DNA of 51,271 nt from positions 1 to 51,271 of the IMG/VR virus record IMGVR_UViG_3300042325_000241. One strand, 5' to 3'. Source of the DNA: a virus. Taxonomy: Duplodnaviria; Caudoviricetes. Of this stretch, positions 9,659 through 19,983 are shown one piece after another. Below the pieces are notes generated by a model, which was given only the letters and a program-made list of their open reading frames with translations, was not told where the DNA came from and ran no database searches. The first letter of the stretch is position 1, and each line of letters starts with the position of its first letter. Position numbers and translations under genes: made by a program.

Positions 9659-10758
9659 TACGACACCACATTGGTGAACTTGAACGCAGTGATAGGTGCA
9701 ACAACTTCAATACCGTAGTCTTCTACGATACGAGCATTGATGCGCCTGTTGTCTGGATCGTCCTTCTGTTCAACAGTCATTTCTTCGTATGCGAACAGGT
9801 GCACGGTGGAGAATGAAGGCGAACCTTCAAACCCAACTAGATCACCTGGTCGTGCAAGAATCCATGCCTCGTTGTCGCCCAACACATAGTCGGTTGCTCT
9901 GGTAGCACCCTTCTTGTTGGATACTTTTACAACATCTTCGATGATGATGTCATAACCGTACAACTTGTCAGGTAAACCATATTTACCATTCATGCTGTCG
10001 GAGTCTCCACGGATCTGAGCAAGTGCCACTGGGGACTCTTTCAGGTAGGTGTGGAGTTCTTTGGAACGGCTAAGTGCATCAGCAACGGTTGGGTTGATGA
10101 TCATGCACATTTCTTTAGGACCACAAGCACCCAGGGTGTCCTTGTTGATCTTTCTAGCCACTGCATTGAGTGCCTGTTTGATAACAGGCCCTTTAGATGT
10201 GCCTTGGTTAGTGTCACCGGAGTCACCACCTATTAGAGCGGTACCACCTGTGTAGGCGTTAGAAGCAGCAATACAGCTAATGGTGGAGATATCATTGATA
10301 CCTGAACCAACTGCGCCCTGCAATTTATCCCAGACTTTAACAACTCGCGCTGTCATAGCCTGTTGAGCATTGATTGCGCTGTAGGAAGCTACGATCTTCC
10401 AATCAGCCTGATCAACTGCTTTATAGCCCAGCCTGAATGGGAACACATACCGTTGGGTATTGAAGTTCAGCCACTCAAACTTTTCATTATTCCACTCCCC
10501 GTGTGGAGCATCATTACCGTCATGCCATACATGATCTTTAAGATCACTGTAAGCAACACGACCAGCTTGTTCTGCATTAAGTTTCAGGTAGTAGCCTGAA
10601 GACTTTTTAACAGGGGTGATGGTGATATACTTGTTCAACGCAAAGTCTTTAGGATTGCGACTGAACGATACCACAAGTTGACCAGTAGCGTCAAAGCTTG
10701 GGATATATGTGTTTGTTCCTGATGGAAACTGGGCATTACCCGATACGAAATCTGCCAT
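9658..10758 (-). CDS. Major capsid protein (HK97 fold)
   Basis: 366 aa; between cement and adaptor genes; IINPTVADAL, LYGYDIII and C-terminal EVVAPITAFKFTNV patterns. Confidence 0.85.
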   Translation of the reverse strand: MADFVSGNAQFPSGTNTYIPSFDATGQLVVSFSRNPKDFALNKYITITPVKKSSGYYLKLNAEQAGRVAYSDLKDHVWHDGNDAPHGEWNNEKFEWLNFNTQRYVFPFRLGYKAVDQADWKIVASYSAINAQQAMTARVVKVWDKLQGAVGSGINDISTISCIAASNAYTGGTALIGGDSGDTNQGTSKGPVIKQALNAVARKINKDTLGACGPKEMCMIINPTVADALSRSKELHTYLKESPVALAQIRGDSDSMNGKYGLPDKLYGYDIIIEDVVKVSNKKGATRATDYVLGDNEAWILARPGDLVGFEGSPSFSTVHLFAYEEMTVEQKDDPDNRRINARIVEDYGIEVVAPITAFKFTNVVS

Positions 10759-10785
10759 GATGTTTATCCTTAATTAGTTAATTTG

Positions 10786-11211
10786 TTAAGCAACAACCAC
10801 AACATGTGGGTTGACTTGGATAAGAACCTTTTCACCTGCATTAACGGTGTTGAGTGCGGTACCACCTACATTGTAAGTACCAGCAGTAACCCCAATGTTG
10901 ATAGCTTTGCCATCAGCATCGGACTTAACCTTAGTACCTGCGGTAACACCACCAGTACCTGCTACGATCATGCAAACATCGCCTAGGCCAAACACCTTAA
11001 GTGTTTTGCCCACACTAGCTGCTACACCACTCTCCGTGCCACCCAACAGGGTTGCAAGGTTAGGTGGTGCAAATGTGCCTTCTTGGGACACACCGATGAT
11101 GGACTGGGTGGAAGCGGAACACTGTGAAATAGTGAACTCGCCTGTGATTCGCACGAAACGCGCAGGGAAAATATCTCCACCTGCAATAAAAGCTGGATTG
11201 TACAAAGGCAT
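10786..11211 (-). CDS. Capsid cement/decoration protein (DUF2190-like)
   Basis: Small Gly/Ala-rich protein; GGVTAGTKVKSDADGKA, GTAL...AGE. Confidence 0.8.
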   Translation of the reverse strand: MPLYNPAFIAGGDIFPARFVRITGEFTISQCSASTQSIIGVSQEGTFAPPNLATLLGGTESGVAASVGKTLKVFGLGDVCMIVAGTGGVTAGTKVKSDADGKAINIGVTAGTYNVGGTALNTVNAGEKVLIQVNPHVVVVA

Positions 11212-11226
11212 GAATTAATCTCCTAG

Positions 11227-12381
11227 TTAAAGTACTTTTTCGGCATTCATTTTACCGAGTGCTTCTTGGTATGAAATGCCATTAGCAGTTGCGTATTCAA
11301 TAGCACTTGCCACTTCGTCCTTGGTTCGCCCACGAGGTCCACCTGAACGGGATTCTTGATAGTATGAGCTTCTTGCACCGAGTGGTGCACGCTGGTAACG
11401 CTTACGAATAATCTGGAGATGGGAACGGTAGGTTGTTTCTGGGAGTGATTGCACAAGTGCAAGCTCTTCACCACGATCCAACATATACCCTTCTGCTTCC
11501 AACTCAATTAGGTCCTTTTCGCGTTCTGCACGCTGGAACTTAATTTTGATAGTACGGATCTCCTTTTGAAGGAGTTGGTTTTCCTGTTCCACCCTGGAGA
11601 GTTTAATCCTGTCATACTTTCCACTACGGGATTGTCTGATAGGTTCTTCTTCTTCGGTGGATTCTTCTGGCATAGGTTCTTCACCACCCTCTTCAGGCAT
11701 TGGAGGTTGTTCACCACCCATGCTAGGGTCTTCCATGCCTTGCTCAGGCATAGGAGGTTGTTCACCGGGCATTCCTTCAGGAGGCATACCACCTTCTTCA
11801 GGTGCACCTTCTGCACCACCCTGTTGAGAGAGTTGGGTAAGAAATTGCCAAACATCCGTTTGTTGGAGTCCTGCTAAAACGCCTTCAATAATTCCTTGTT
11901 GATCATTCATTCCTATAGTCCTTTGATATTTTTTAACCCCGCCCTTAGATAAGCGGAGTAGGCCTAAGTCTCGTTCTGGAGTAGTTGCACCGAGCAAACT
12001 AATCGGGTCTATTTTGTAATCCGATAACCACAGTTCAATGGATCTCCTTGGGAAACCTCGAACCTTATCAGCAGCATGTTTGAAGAACTTGAAAGTTGCT
12101 GTGATGCACTTTCTACCAGTCTTGAAGAAGGGTTCCACCTTTAGGTTGGTTGCGTAACCAACTATCTCAGGCTGATCATCCTCACTAGCATCGTCCTTGG
12201 TGTGACCTATGACGAGTGGTATCTCATCACCAGTACTACCCATGCGCTTATTGTTGACACGAACTATCTCAGATAGCTTCTTCTGGTCGAGCCTAATCAC
12301 CACATTCCCCTTACCATCCTTAAGCTCATGCTCGTCCAGAATTGGTACATGGTGTTTTACAATCATCTCATTGTCTTCCAT
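11227..12381 (-). CDS. Prohead protease/scaffold (Mu gpI-like)
   Basis: PLVIGHT, RRSIEL, ISLLGATTP in the N-terminal domain; acidic linker and coiled-coil C-terminus. Confidence 0.75.
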   Translation of the reverse strand: MEDNEMIVKHHVPILDEHELKDGKGNVVIRLDQKKLSEIVRVNNKRMGSTGDEIPLVIGHTKDDASEDDQPEIVGYATNLKVEPFFKTGRKCITATFKFFKHAADKVRGFPRRSIELWLSDYKIDPISLLGATTPERDLGLLRLSKGGVKKYQRTIGMNDQQGIIEGVLAGLQQTDVWQFLTQLSQQGGAEGAPEEGGMPPEGMPGEQPPMPEQGMEDPSMGGEQPPMPEEGGEEPMPEESTEEEEPIRQSRSGKYDRIKLSRVEQENQLLQKEIRTIKIKFQRAEREKDLIELEAEGYMLDRGEELALVQSLPETTYRSHLQIIRKRYQRAPLGARSSYYQESRSGGPRGRTKDEVASAIEYATANGISYQEALGKMNAEKVL

Positions 12382-15300
12382 TAAACTCCTCGCAGTTTTT
12401 TAATCATATGTGTTAGGTTGGAGTCTTTTTCGAAGCGTTTTACACCATCGTCCTTAGGTGCAAACTGTCCCCCGTTGTACTGCGCTCCCCTGAAGTTCAC
12501 ACCGTGTTTACCTGCACGGTATTGGTCCTTAGCGTGTGCGGACTTCTTAGCAAACTTCTGTGGTTGTGGTGTTCTCATTTTGTCCCAAACCTTTCCTGCT
12601 TTGTTGTACTCCTTCTCTGCTGCCTTTGAGAAGGCGCGCAGTGAAGGTACTGCATGTTTTAGTTCTGCACTGATTGCTTCTAGGGAGAAGTAATCCCCAT
12701 CCTTAGCATCTTCGATCAGGTGTTGAGCATGTTCTGGTATCAACTGTTGCACTTGCAAACTGTCTATTAGCTTCTTTAGCCCACTGCTCTGGAGTACGGT
12801 CCTAGCGTGCTCCTTGCAGTACATTTCTCTTCGGTTAGATTCACTCGTCATATCGTCATAGAGGCTAGGGTCATTACTTAGGCTGTTAACTGCGCCCTCT
12901 ATGTCTTCCCACTTTGCATTTGGTACTAATTGTTGGTATTTAGATAAATGTTCCGGCTTTATGTTACTTAGGTCTTGTTGCAGTAAGTCCCCAACGGGTG
13001 GTAGTTCCTTGTTAGGTGTGTTGTGTTGTCGTAAGAATCCCTCAAGGATTCTTCGACTACGGTCAAATTTTATTTTGGCTTTGGTTGTGGTTTTGCGGGA
13101 GAGTTGCTGGGCTTTCCCTGCGCTTTGATTACCGGCTGGTACGGCATTATTATTGGCTTGGGGTTGGGGTTGACCACCCATCTGTGCATTTTCATATTCA
13201 CCTATTATATTTTGGTAAGCTTGTCTGGACTTTGGAAGTGCACCTGCACTGTTCCAATCTCCATTATGCCCGACAATTTCACCTTGTCCAGAATTTTCTT
13301 CTACATTTAAGTTATTTAATGTAGCAAATTGGGAAACGATGTTTCGCTTCTCCCTGTTTGGATCGAACACCATCACCTTGGTGGACTTCGCTCCAGGCAT
13401 TATTGTCTTGTAGTTTATACCCGCTAGGTCGAACTGTTCTTTAACCGCACCGACATCGGTGTTAGGGTGCTCGATGTGGTACATTGCGTCTGGACCGTTA
13501 GGGTTTGGTGTAAAGACTAGCATGGATTTCTTCTGTCCTGAGATACCGTGCCATGCTGCTAAGTACTTCAGCTTTTGTGCAAGTGTCCCAATAGGGGCCA
13601 TGTGCACGATGGATTCTTCTGACCCAACTGGACCATCATGGATCGCATTCTGAGCACTAGTCTCCACACCAGCCTTGGAGTTGATTTGGTTGCCTAGTGC
13701 GCCCTGGGCTAGGTTCTTGCCACCGGGAGAGCGTGCGATGGAGTTAGCAAAGGGCTTGTTGGTTCTGGTAGCTGCGGGTGTTCCCGTCATACCATTGGGG
13801 GTGGGGGTGAACTGTGCGAACTTGAGTAGTTTCCCAACCTTGCGTTGTTGCACCTTCTCACCTAAAACACCTGCTGCACTTTGCATAAAGGGTTTGCCAG
13901 TACCTGAACCATGGTTAACCGCCATAAGGTTTACAAAGGTTTCAGCGTGTTTGCGTAGTTGTTTGGGGATTAGGTCATAGATCCTAGTTTCTGGACTAAC
14001 CCCACCCCGTTTTATTCCTTCGATGAGTTCTTTAAGGCTCTTATGTGCACGACTCTGCGTGCTGCTAGCCTTAGAAGCATTCGGTGAATTTCCGTGTCTG
14101 GATTGGGTTTTTGCCATAAAGCTGGCAAGCTCTTGATCTTGGTCGGTAGTGCCATGTAAAATCTCCTTACCTATGTTTGAAAATTCTTCAACCTTGTCCA
14201 TGTCTCCCACAGTCATAGTGGTGAGTGCTCCCATCATGGTCATACCTTTGAATGCTGCGTATTCTGTTATTCCCTTTAGGCCACTCCAACCTGAGGCTTG
14301 TATATCTGCTGCTTCCCAGTTGTTTTTCTTTTCAGGGGTGTTGTAATAGCCCGAAGCTGGGTGTTGTTCGTTTACTTGTATCTTATTTAGGATTGCTGCT
14401 TGTTCTTCAAACCCCGCAGCAATGAATTTATAATCTGCATCCATTAGCAGGGTGTTATCTTTTTCATTCCATTTTTGACTAAACCTACCTTGGTTAACTC
14501 CGTGTCGGTACGACTCCCACACATCTAACACACCTTTGTCCATTACACCAAAGCACGCTAGTCGGAAGTTCTCTATTTTAGGTCCACCTTCAAATAATGG
14601 AGTGCTTAAGCCCAGTACCTTTTTATCATCCCCCGTGAGTGCACTAAGAATGGAAGCACCGTACACAGACTCTTTGTCCTTTTTTAGTTCAGGGTCTAGG
14701 AGTTCCTTCTGTTTTCTATCAGGGTCTTTTAACGCCATCCACTTGGCTAGTGGCTTTTTCATATTCCCGTCATCGTCCATACCATCTTCGTCATTGGAGG
14801 ACAGTAGCAAAGGTGCTGTTTTATTCTTCTCCACCCATTTTATAAGTGCAGCATAGTCCTTATGGTCAGCTTTAGGTTCTTTCTCTTTGTACTCTTCCCA
14901 CGCGTCCCATATATGTAACGCAATGACCATATTAGACTTCACTGAGATGCCTGGGGAGGTTGCTGCAAGTACCGCACAGAACCTAGCACTGTCTAAACCA
15001 TTCCTAAGGAAGGGTGTCATGTTTTTAGGGGTTGGGTGTTTCTCCCACCTAGTGTAAGCTTCTTTAACTTTATTTGTAATTGCTGTAGGGTTGTTTTCCT
15101 CATGGTCGGGGCCTTGTCGGTTTTCATGTAAACCAAACATACCGTGGAACAACTTGGCTGAATCGGTGTACCATTTCTTTTTGCTAACCCCAATTGCAGA
15201 AGCACCTGCCATGGTGTTGTTGCTTAGGGTACTGTTATACGCAGCTAGTCCATTCACTAGGGCGTTGTGAGTCACCTTCATGTCATCATTGCTGAAGATC

Positions 15301-16328
15301 TTGTGTGCAATGTGGTCCTCAGGTAGAACCTGTGCTAACTGTTGTCGGGTAATCCCAGTTTTTAAGTCTCCCCCAACATCCTGTAGTTGCTCTTCAAAGT
15401 TGGGGGGGTAAGTTTGGGGTGTTCTGCGTTCTGCAAGCGGGTGGGCTAGGTTTGCTTCTGCATCTATTGCATGTATTCGTGCTGCCTTACTAGGTCCTTT
15501 AGGCGTGTTCTTTATTTTAGAGTTGGCGTACTCCATTGCAGATTTTTTATCTTGGTGCAATGTGCCAGGTATGTTGTCACCCAGTGTGGTGGCTCTTCTA
15601 AACCCATTAGGATCTTGTTTGCGCCATAGGTCTAGTTCTTTTTGTGGAACATTTTGTCCAGACAAGTATTGTTTACCGTTGAGGGTGAACAATCCCGCAC
15701 CTACATAGTAACCGCTATCCCCTTTGACAAAGTCCTCAGGGGACTGTCCAAAGGTTTTTTGTTCCCCGTTGAGAAGTCCCTTATTGCCAGGTATATCATT
15801 TACCCTAGGAAGGCTAGGCACTACGCTTGAAGGTATATGTTGGGAGTAACCCTTCCTAATAGCAGCAGGGGAGAACGCGTACTCTTGGGTGAGTTGGTCT
15901 ATTACATCTTTTTCTTGTGCGCTTCTCTCAGCACCTGGCTTTATAATGTCTTTGAAAAACCTTTTCTCTTTTTTAGGTGAGTTAGCCTTAGTGCTCTTTG
16001 GAATCTGGGCTAACCTTCTATCCCCCTGTTCCATGATGTAGGCCCGTTCCTCTTTACCCAAACGCTTACCGTTAACCCCTACATGTTTAGGGTCGGTTAG
16101 TGCGTGTGCAATATTCCCCCTTAACCAACCTGCACGAAGGTTACCCTCATGGTCACCTAGAGGTTTCTTTTTTTCTAGGGGTTTAGTTTTATCCTTAGGT
16201 GTACCTAACTTAGGTGTATCCACCTTAGGCACAGCTAGTGTCTTAGCTGCAAACTTGAGCGGACGCGGAAAGTTTGCTAGCTTATTGAAGGTTATTACAC
16301 CCTTTAAATATCTTTGAATATTGGGCAT
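12381..16328 (-). CDS. Large multidomain (polyvalent-like) head-associated protein
   Basis: 1315 aa between portal and protease; central KWY...VLAATSP...N...GPKIENF...LDVW...QASGW motifs recall DUF7178/HhH-like domains. Confidence 0.6.
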   Translation of the reverse strand: MPNIQRYLKGVITFNKLANFPRPLKFAAKTLAVPKVDTPKLGTPKDKTKPLEKKKPLGDHEGNLRAGWLRGNIAHALTDPKHVGVNGKRLGKEERAYIMEQGDRRLAQIPKSTKANSPKKEKRFFKDIIKPGAERSAQEKDVIDQLTQEYAFSPAAIRKGYSQHIPSSVVPSLPRVNDIPGNKGLLNGEQKTFGQSPEDFVKGDSGYYVGAGLFTLNGKQYLSGQNVPQKELDLWRKQDPNGFRRATTLGDNIPGTLHQDKKSAMEYANSKIKNTPKGPSKAARIHAIDAEANLAHPLAERRTPQTYPPNFEEQLQDVGGDLKTGITRQQLAQVLPEDHIAHKIFSNDDMKVTHNALVNGLAAYNSTLSNNTMAGASAIGVSKKKWYTDSAKLFHGMFGLHENRQGPDHEENNPTAITNKVKEAYTRWEKHPTPKNMTPFLRNGLDSARFCAVLAATSPGISVKSNMVIALHIWDAWEEYKEKEPKADHKDYAALIKWVEKNKTAPLLLSSNDEDGMDDDGNMKKPLAKWMALKDPDRKQKELLDPELKKDKESVYGASILSALTGDDKKVLGLSTPLFEGGPKIENFRLACFGVMDKGVLDVWESYRHGVNQGRFSQKWNEKDNTLLMDADYKFIAAGFEEQAAILNKIQVNEQHPASGYYNTPEKKNNWEAADIQASGWSGLKGITEYAAFKGMTMMGALTTMTVGDMDKVEEFSNIGKEILHGTTDQDQELASFMAKTQSRHGNSPNASKASSTQSRAHKSLKELIEGIKRGGVSPETRIYDLIPKQLRKHAETFVNLMAVNHGSGTGKPFMQSAAGVLGEKVQQRKVGKLLKFAQFTPTPNGMTGTPAATRTNKPFANSIARSPGGKNLAQGALGNQINSKAGVETSAQNAIHDGPVGSEESIVHMAPIGTLAQKLKYLAAWHGISGQKKSMLVFTPNPNGPDAMYHIEHPNTDVGAVKEQFDLAGINYKTIMPGAKSTKVMVFDPNREKRNIVSQFATLNNLNVEENSGQGEIVGHNGDWNSAGALPKSRQAYQNIIGEYENAQMGGQPQPQANNNAVPAGNQSAGKAQQLSRKTTTKAKIKFDRSRRILEGFLRQHNTPNKELPPVGDLLQQDLSNIKPEHLSKYQQLVPNAKWEDIEGAVNSLSNDPSLYDDMTSESNRREMYCKEHARTVLQSSGLKKLIDSLQVQQLIPEHAQHLIEDAKDGDYFSLEAISAELKHAVPSLRAFSKAAEKEYNKAGKVWDKMRTPQPQKFAKKSAHAKDQYRAGKHGVNFRGAQYNGGQFAPKDDGVKRFEKDSNLTHMIKKLRGV

Positions 16329-16329
16329 C

Positions 16330-17829
16330 TTATCTACGCCCTCGTAGTCGTGGAAATAGGGGCTTTCTTTGTGCAGGTGCCTGTTGTGTCGGTTTAGGGG
16401 TATCTACGACAGGAACGGGGTTATTAGAGGCCTTAATAGTATCTGCAATGGGATTAGACTTACTGATGGGGGGCATCTTGTTTACACCTATCTTAGGCGC
16501 AGGTTTTGCTCTACCCGAACCGAATCCACCAAAACTTGTGTCACCTACAGGACCCCCAATTGGAGCAGGGACTTGTGGTTTACTGGGTATTTGTGGTTTG
16601 CTAGGCACCTCTGGGTTTTCTGGAACCACTAGGTTCTGGTAAGTCTTTCCAGTTGGTTTTGGTGCAGGTGGTTTTTGTGGTACTGGTGGTTGTTGTGGTA
16701 CTACTGCCTTAGGTGGTACAGGTGGAACAATACCCGTCTGTTTAGGCAGCATAGGACGGTCATTCATGTCCTTATTGGGGTTCCTAGGGTTAGGTACCTG
16801 CCCAGTAGGTGGTCGAACAGGTCTTGGGATGTTTCCACGCTCCAGGTTGAAGTCGTGCACATACTTCTGCTCACCCGCACCTAGCTTGGTGTAATCGTCT
16901 GGTGGTCTAGTAGAACCTTCAGCCTTCATGCGTGCATTGTTCTGAGTTTGAAAAGTTGTCATAGCCGTGTTCTGCTCTGGGGATAGACCGCTCCCAGTTG
17001 GTGCAACTTTTGCAGGAGCTTGGTTGTTTAGAGATCCGTCAGGGCGTATTACACCTTGCTCCCGCATTTTTGCAAGGAAGGGATCACCTGAGCCTGGAGT
17101 ACCGTTCCACTGACCCGGTGCAAATGTTCCACCTTGTGGTACAGGGGGAGGCGTTGTCTTTGCAACAGGTGCAGGTGTTGGTGCTGCAAGTGGTGCTTGT
17201 GGAACCCCAGTAGGTCCGTTCTGTTTCACTAGTTGTGCGGATCGTTGTCCATTAGCAGCGTAGTTTGCACCACCTTGATCCATGGAACCCTTTTCCCAAC
17301 CGTTCTTAGCCTCTTCTCTCCTTCTATCACCACTGATGTCAACAGATCTAGAAGGGTTGATGGTGTTAACACGGGAGTTCTGGATACCACCGCTAGACTG
17401 TTCGCGTTTGATATCGGCCATCACACTATTGTGTTGTGAGTGTTGAGTAGATTCAGATCTAGTGTCCCTACTGTTAACACCTGGAGTGTTAGGTTTATAC
17501 CCGTTAGCATCAAGTAGACCCGCTCGTATCATTGCACTGCCAGTACCGGGTCCACCTCGGCCAATCTGTTCTTGATCAACAGCTACCTCAGTATCCTTCT
17601 GTAGCTTATTACCGTAGTTCACGCCTCCGTAAACTGTGTCAGTACTCTGTTGCGGAATAGGGTTGTTCTGGTTCCACTTGTGTTGTGCATCCATACCCGC
17701 TGGTGTGGTAGGGTTATTGTAGATCTGCTGACCCGCAGCATTTGCACCACGCTGTCTAACATTCTGCAATTGTTGTGCATTTGACGCAGATTCACCGGGA
17801 GTTCCTAAACCATTTTCTCTTGGTGGCAT
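16330..17829 (-). CDS. Pro/Gln/Gly-rich disordered protein, possible internal head protein
   Basis: 499 aa of low complexity, coupled to its neighbours. Confidence 0.65.
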   Translation of the reverse strand: MPPRENGLGTPGESASNAQQLQNVRQRGANAAGQQIYNNPTTPAGMDAQHKWNQNNPIPQQSTDTVYGGVNYGNKLQKDTEVAVDQEQIGRGGPGTGSAMIRAGLLDANGYKPNTPGVNSRDTRSESTQHSQHNSVMADIKREQSSGGIQNSRVNTINPSRSVDISGDRRREEAKNGWEKGSMDQGGANYAANGQRSAQLVKQNGPTGVPQAPLAAPTPAPVAKTTPPPVPQGGTFAPGQWNGTPGSGDPFLAKMREQGVIRPDGSLNNQAPAKVAPTGSGLSPEQNTAMTTFQTQNNARMKAEGSTRPPDDYTKLGAGEQKYVHDFNLERGNIPRPVRPPTGQVPNPRNPNKDMNDRPMLPKQTGIVPPVPPKAVVPQQPPVPQKPPAPKPTGKTYQNLVVPENPEVPSKPQIPSKPQVPAPIGGPVGDTSFGGFGSGRAKPAPKIGVNKMPPISKSNPIADTIKASNNPVPVVDTPKPTQQAPAQRKPLFPRLRGRR

Positions 17830-18020
17830 TATTTTTTCCTTAGTTTTGTAGGACCTATTGCGTAAGAACCATCTGGCCTACGCTCCATCCTGTTTGAATT
17901 AGGGTCCCATGGGAGGGGTATTAGTGGGGCCTTCTCAGTGGGTTTAATAGTAGGACCCCCACCTAATTTCGTAGGTGGTAGGGTTTTATTTAATTTTGGG
18001 TTGAGTGAGTCAATAGGCAT
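17829..18020 (-). CDS. Small Pro/Lys-rich hypothetical protein
   Basis: 63 aa, RBS AAGG, TAATG coupling. Confidence 0.6.
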   Translation of the reverse strand: MPIDSLNPKLNKTLPPTKLGGGPTIKPTEKAPLIPLPWDPNSNRMERRPDGSYAIGPTKLRKK

Positions 18021-18035
18021 GGTAATGCACCTTAA

Positions 18036-18368
18036 TTAGCAGGGGCCTGATGAACCGTCTTTACGCTTACCCCAGTTGGGTAAATTGGTGTTAGTACCTG
18101 ATGGGATTGAACCACTACCAGCCTCTGCTTTATATTTTGGCGCAGTGGATTTAGGTCCAAACGCTCTTTGTGACTGGTTATCGGGCCTACCTTTTCCAGT
18201 CATGGCTTTGTAATCATTTCTAGCACGGGCTTGCGAGTTTTTGTTTGTGGTTCTTCGCACTTGATCTTTTACGGTATCCCCTATTTCAGGAGCATCTGTT
18301 TTTTTAGTCACCTTTGTGTCTTTTTTAGTTTGAAACTTTTTGTACTTGTCCTTCTTAGATTCTTCCAT
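18036..18368 (-). CDS. Basic Lys-rich hypothetical protein
   Basis: 110 aa, RBS AGGAG. Confidence 0.65.
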   Translation of the reverse strand: MEESKKDKYKKFQTKKDTKVTKKTDAPEIGDTVKDQVRRTTNKNSQARARNDYKAMTGKGRPDNQSQRAFGPKSTAPKYKAEAGSGSIPSGTNTNLPNWGKRKDGSSGPC

Positions 18369-18418
18369 TGCAAAACTCCTAAGGTTGTAAATAGAACACG
18401 CAGTATTAATATTTCACA

Positions 18419-18451
18419 CAAGGGCAGGGGGCATTAAGCCCCCGCTCCTTG
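18419..18451 (-). terminator. GC-rich hairpin overlapping the portal stop codon (weak terminator or mRNA stabiliser)
   Basis: CAAGGGCAGGGGGC-ATTAA-GCCCCCGCTCCTTG; no clear U tract. Confidence 0.4.
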
Positions 18452-19906
18452 TGCCCCATCCATTGGAGGTTGAGCCGTTTCTGCACCTTGTTCAGGCATA
18501 GGCCCAGGTTGTCCCTGTTGGGGCACCCCTGTAGGCTGGCTACCCATTGTGGATGGGTTTAGTGGCATATTTTGTGCTAATATCGCGTGACCGGGTTGTG
18601 GTCGGCTCAAGCCTAGAATAGCCCTAAGTTCATCCTCGTCTAATGTCCCACCCATGTTGTAGAAGGCTTGTGCTGCCTCTAGTGTGTCCTTGGCATTAGG
18701 CTTGTCTATGTCGAACACAAACTTCATCTGGGGCATTCCAGGGAAGTTGTACTTCTGCAACACAGATACTATTTCGTGTGTAATGGTTTCGGCTAGGTTG
18801 TTCGCATCGTAGCGCACCATTCTGGAGTGCGTATCGCCTAGTGTATCTGCCTCACCACTAGTCATGTCATTGTCGTCAGCACCATGTATAAACCGTCTAA
18901 TCTGCTGGTCAAAGTACGCAGTGATTAGGTCGTATAGTAGTTGTGCTCCTGCGGGAGAAGGGTCGATTCTTTCGATCCCTGGACCCGCAGTAGAGTTATC
19001 TCTGTATCTAGGGAATAGGATGGTGTTGTTTCGCATCTGTTCTTCAGCGCACTGTTTAACTTCTGCTAGGGACTGTGGATTCCCAGCTTCGAAGTAGTAC
19101 ACTGTCAAACCACCTGCACCAATGCGCTCAAGGTAGTCCATGAGAAAGGTCAAAACTTGTGACCTTAGATACCACAACCAATAAATTTTACTGCGTATAC
19201 CCACACCATGAATGCCACCAGCTAGCTCACCCTCATAGAAGTCAGCATCTTCTGGTTCATGTTTGTGGATGACTATTTGTTCCCGTTCAGCAGGATCAAA
19301 GAAGTGCGCTCTACCACGATCTGTAATAGCCCAACTACCATCAAAGGTGGCGTGCACTAGGATTCCAGCCTGGCCCGAATACCTGAAGACTAGTTTGTCC
19401 CCGTTCACAGGCTTGAAATCCTTAATCAACATTCTGCGTTTTGCTGTGGAGTAGTCCCACTCGTAGTTTAATTGCACTGCGTACCTGCCATAGAACATGG
19501 CTTCTAGCAGGTGCATAAGCATTTGCTGCCATCTAGGTGTGGCCTTGAGTATGTCGGTTAGTTCTTTAGCAGCTTCTGTTTGTGCAGTGTCTTCTGGATT
19601 GGATGCGTCTAAATGCCATGAGAGTTGTGCAGTAGGCATCTGTCTAGACCTGATGGACTCCATAATTACTGGGTCCCTACGCATGGCTAATGTGTTTTTA
19701 GCACTATGGCGCAGTGCTTCATCAAAGGTGTATCTGTAGGTTCTAGATGCCCAGTTAACCACCTGGCTAAATGTCATAAAGTGTGGTAGAGGTTGTCCAC
19801 CATCACCAGGAACACGACCTTCTTTAATAGGTGCTTCTGGGAAGTCATACCCTTTTTCTTGGGGTATTTGTGCGAACGGGTCTGGGATTACATCCTCTTT
19901 AGCCAT
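18434..19906 (-). CDS. Portal protein (Mu gp29/DUF935-like)
   Basis: MRRDPVI..SI..R, LLEAMFYG...Y.W; C-terminal LDEDELRAILGL.RP; likely start ATG 19906. Confidence 0.85.
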   Translation of the reverse strand: MAKEDVIPDPFAQIPQEKGYDFPEAPIKEGRVPGDGGQPLPHFMTFSQVVNWASRTYRYTFDEALRHSAKNTLAMRRDPVIMESIRSRQMPTAQLSWHLDASNPEDTAQTEAAKELTDILKATPRWQQMLMHLLEAMFYGRYAVQLNYEWDYSTAKRRMLIKDFKPVNGDKLVFRYSGQAGILVHATFDGSWAITDRGRAHFFDPAEREQIVIHKHEPEDADFYEGELAGGIHGVGIRSKIYWLWYLRSQVLTFLMDYLERIGAGGLTVYYFEAGNPQSLAEVKQCAEEQMRNNTILFPRYRDNSTAGPGIERIDPSPAGAQLLYDLITAYFDQQIRRFIHGADDNDMTSGEADTLGDTHSRMVRYDANNLAETITHEIVSVLQKYNFPGMPQMKFVFDIDKPNAKDTLEAAQAFYNMGGTLDEDELRAILGLSRPQPGHAILAQNMPLNPSTMGSQPTGVPQQGQPGPMPEQGAETAQPPMDGAQGAGA

Positions 19907-19983
19907 AATGTGAACCCCCACCTTTTAAGTAGGGGTTATCTCTAGGTATACCTAAACCGGAAGGGTACAATAACCACCTATTA

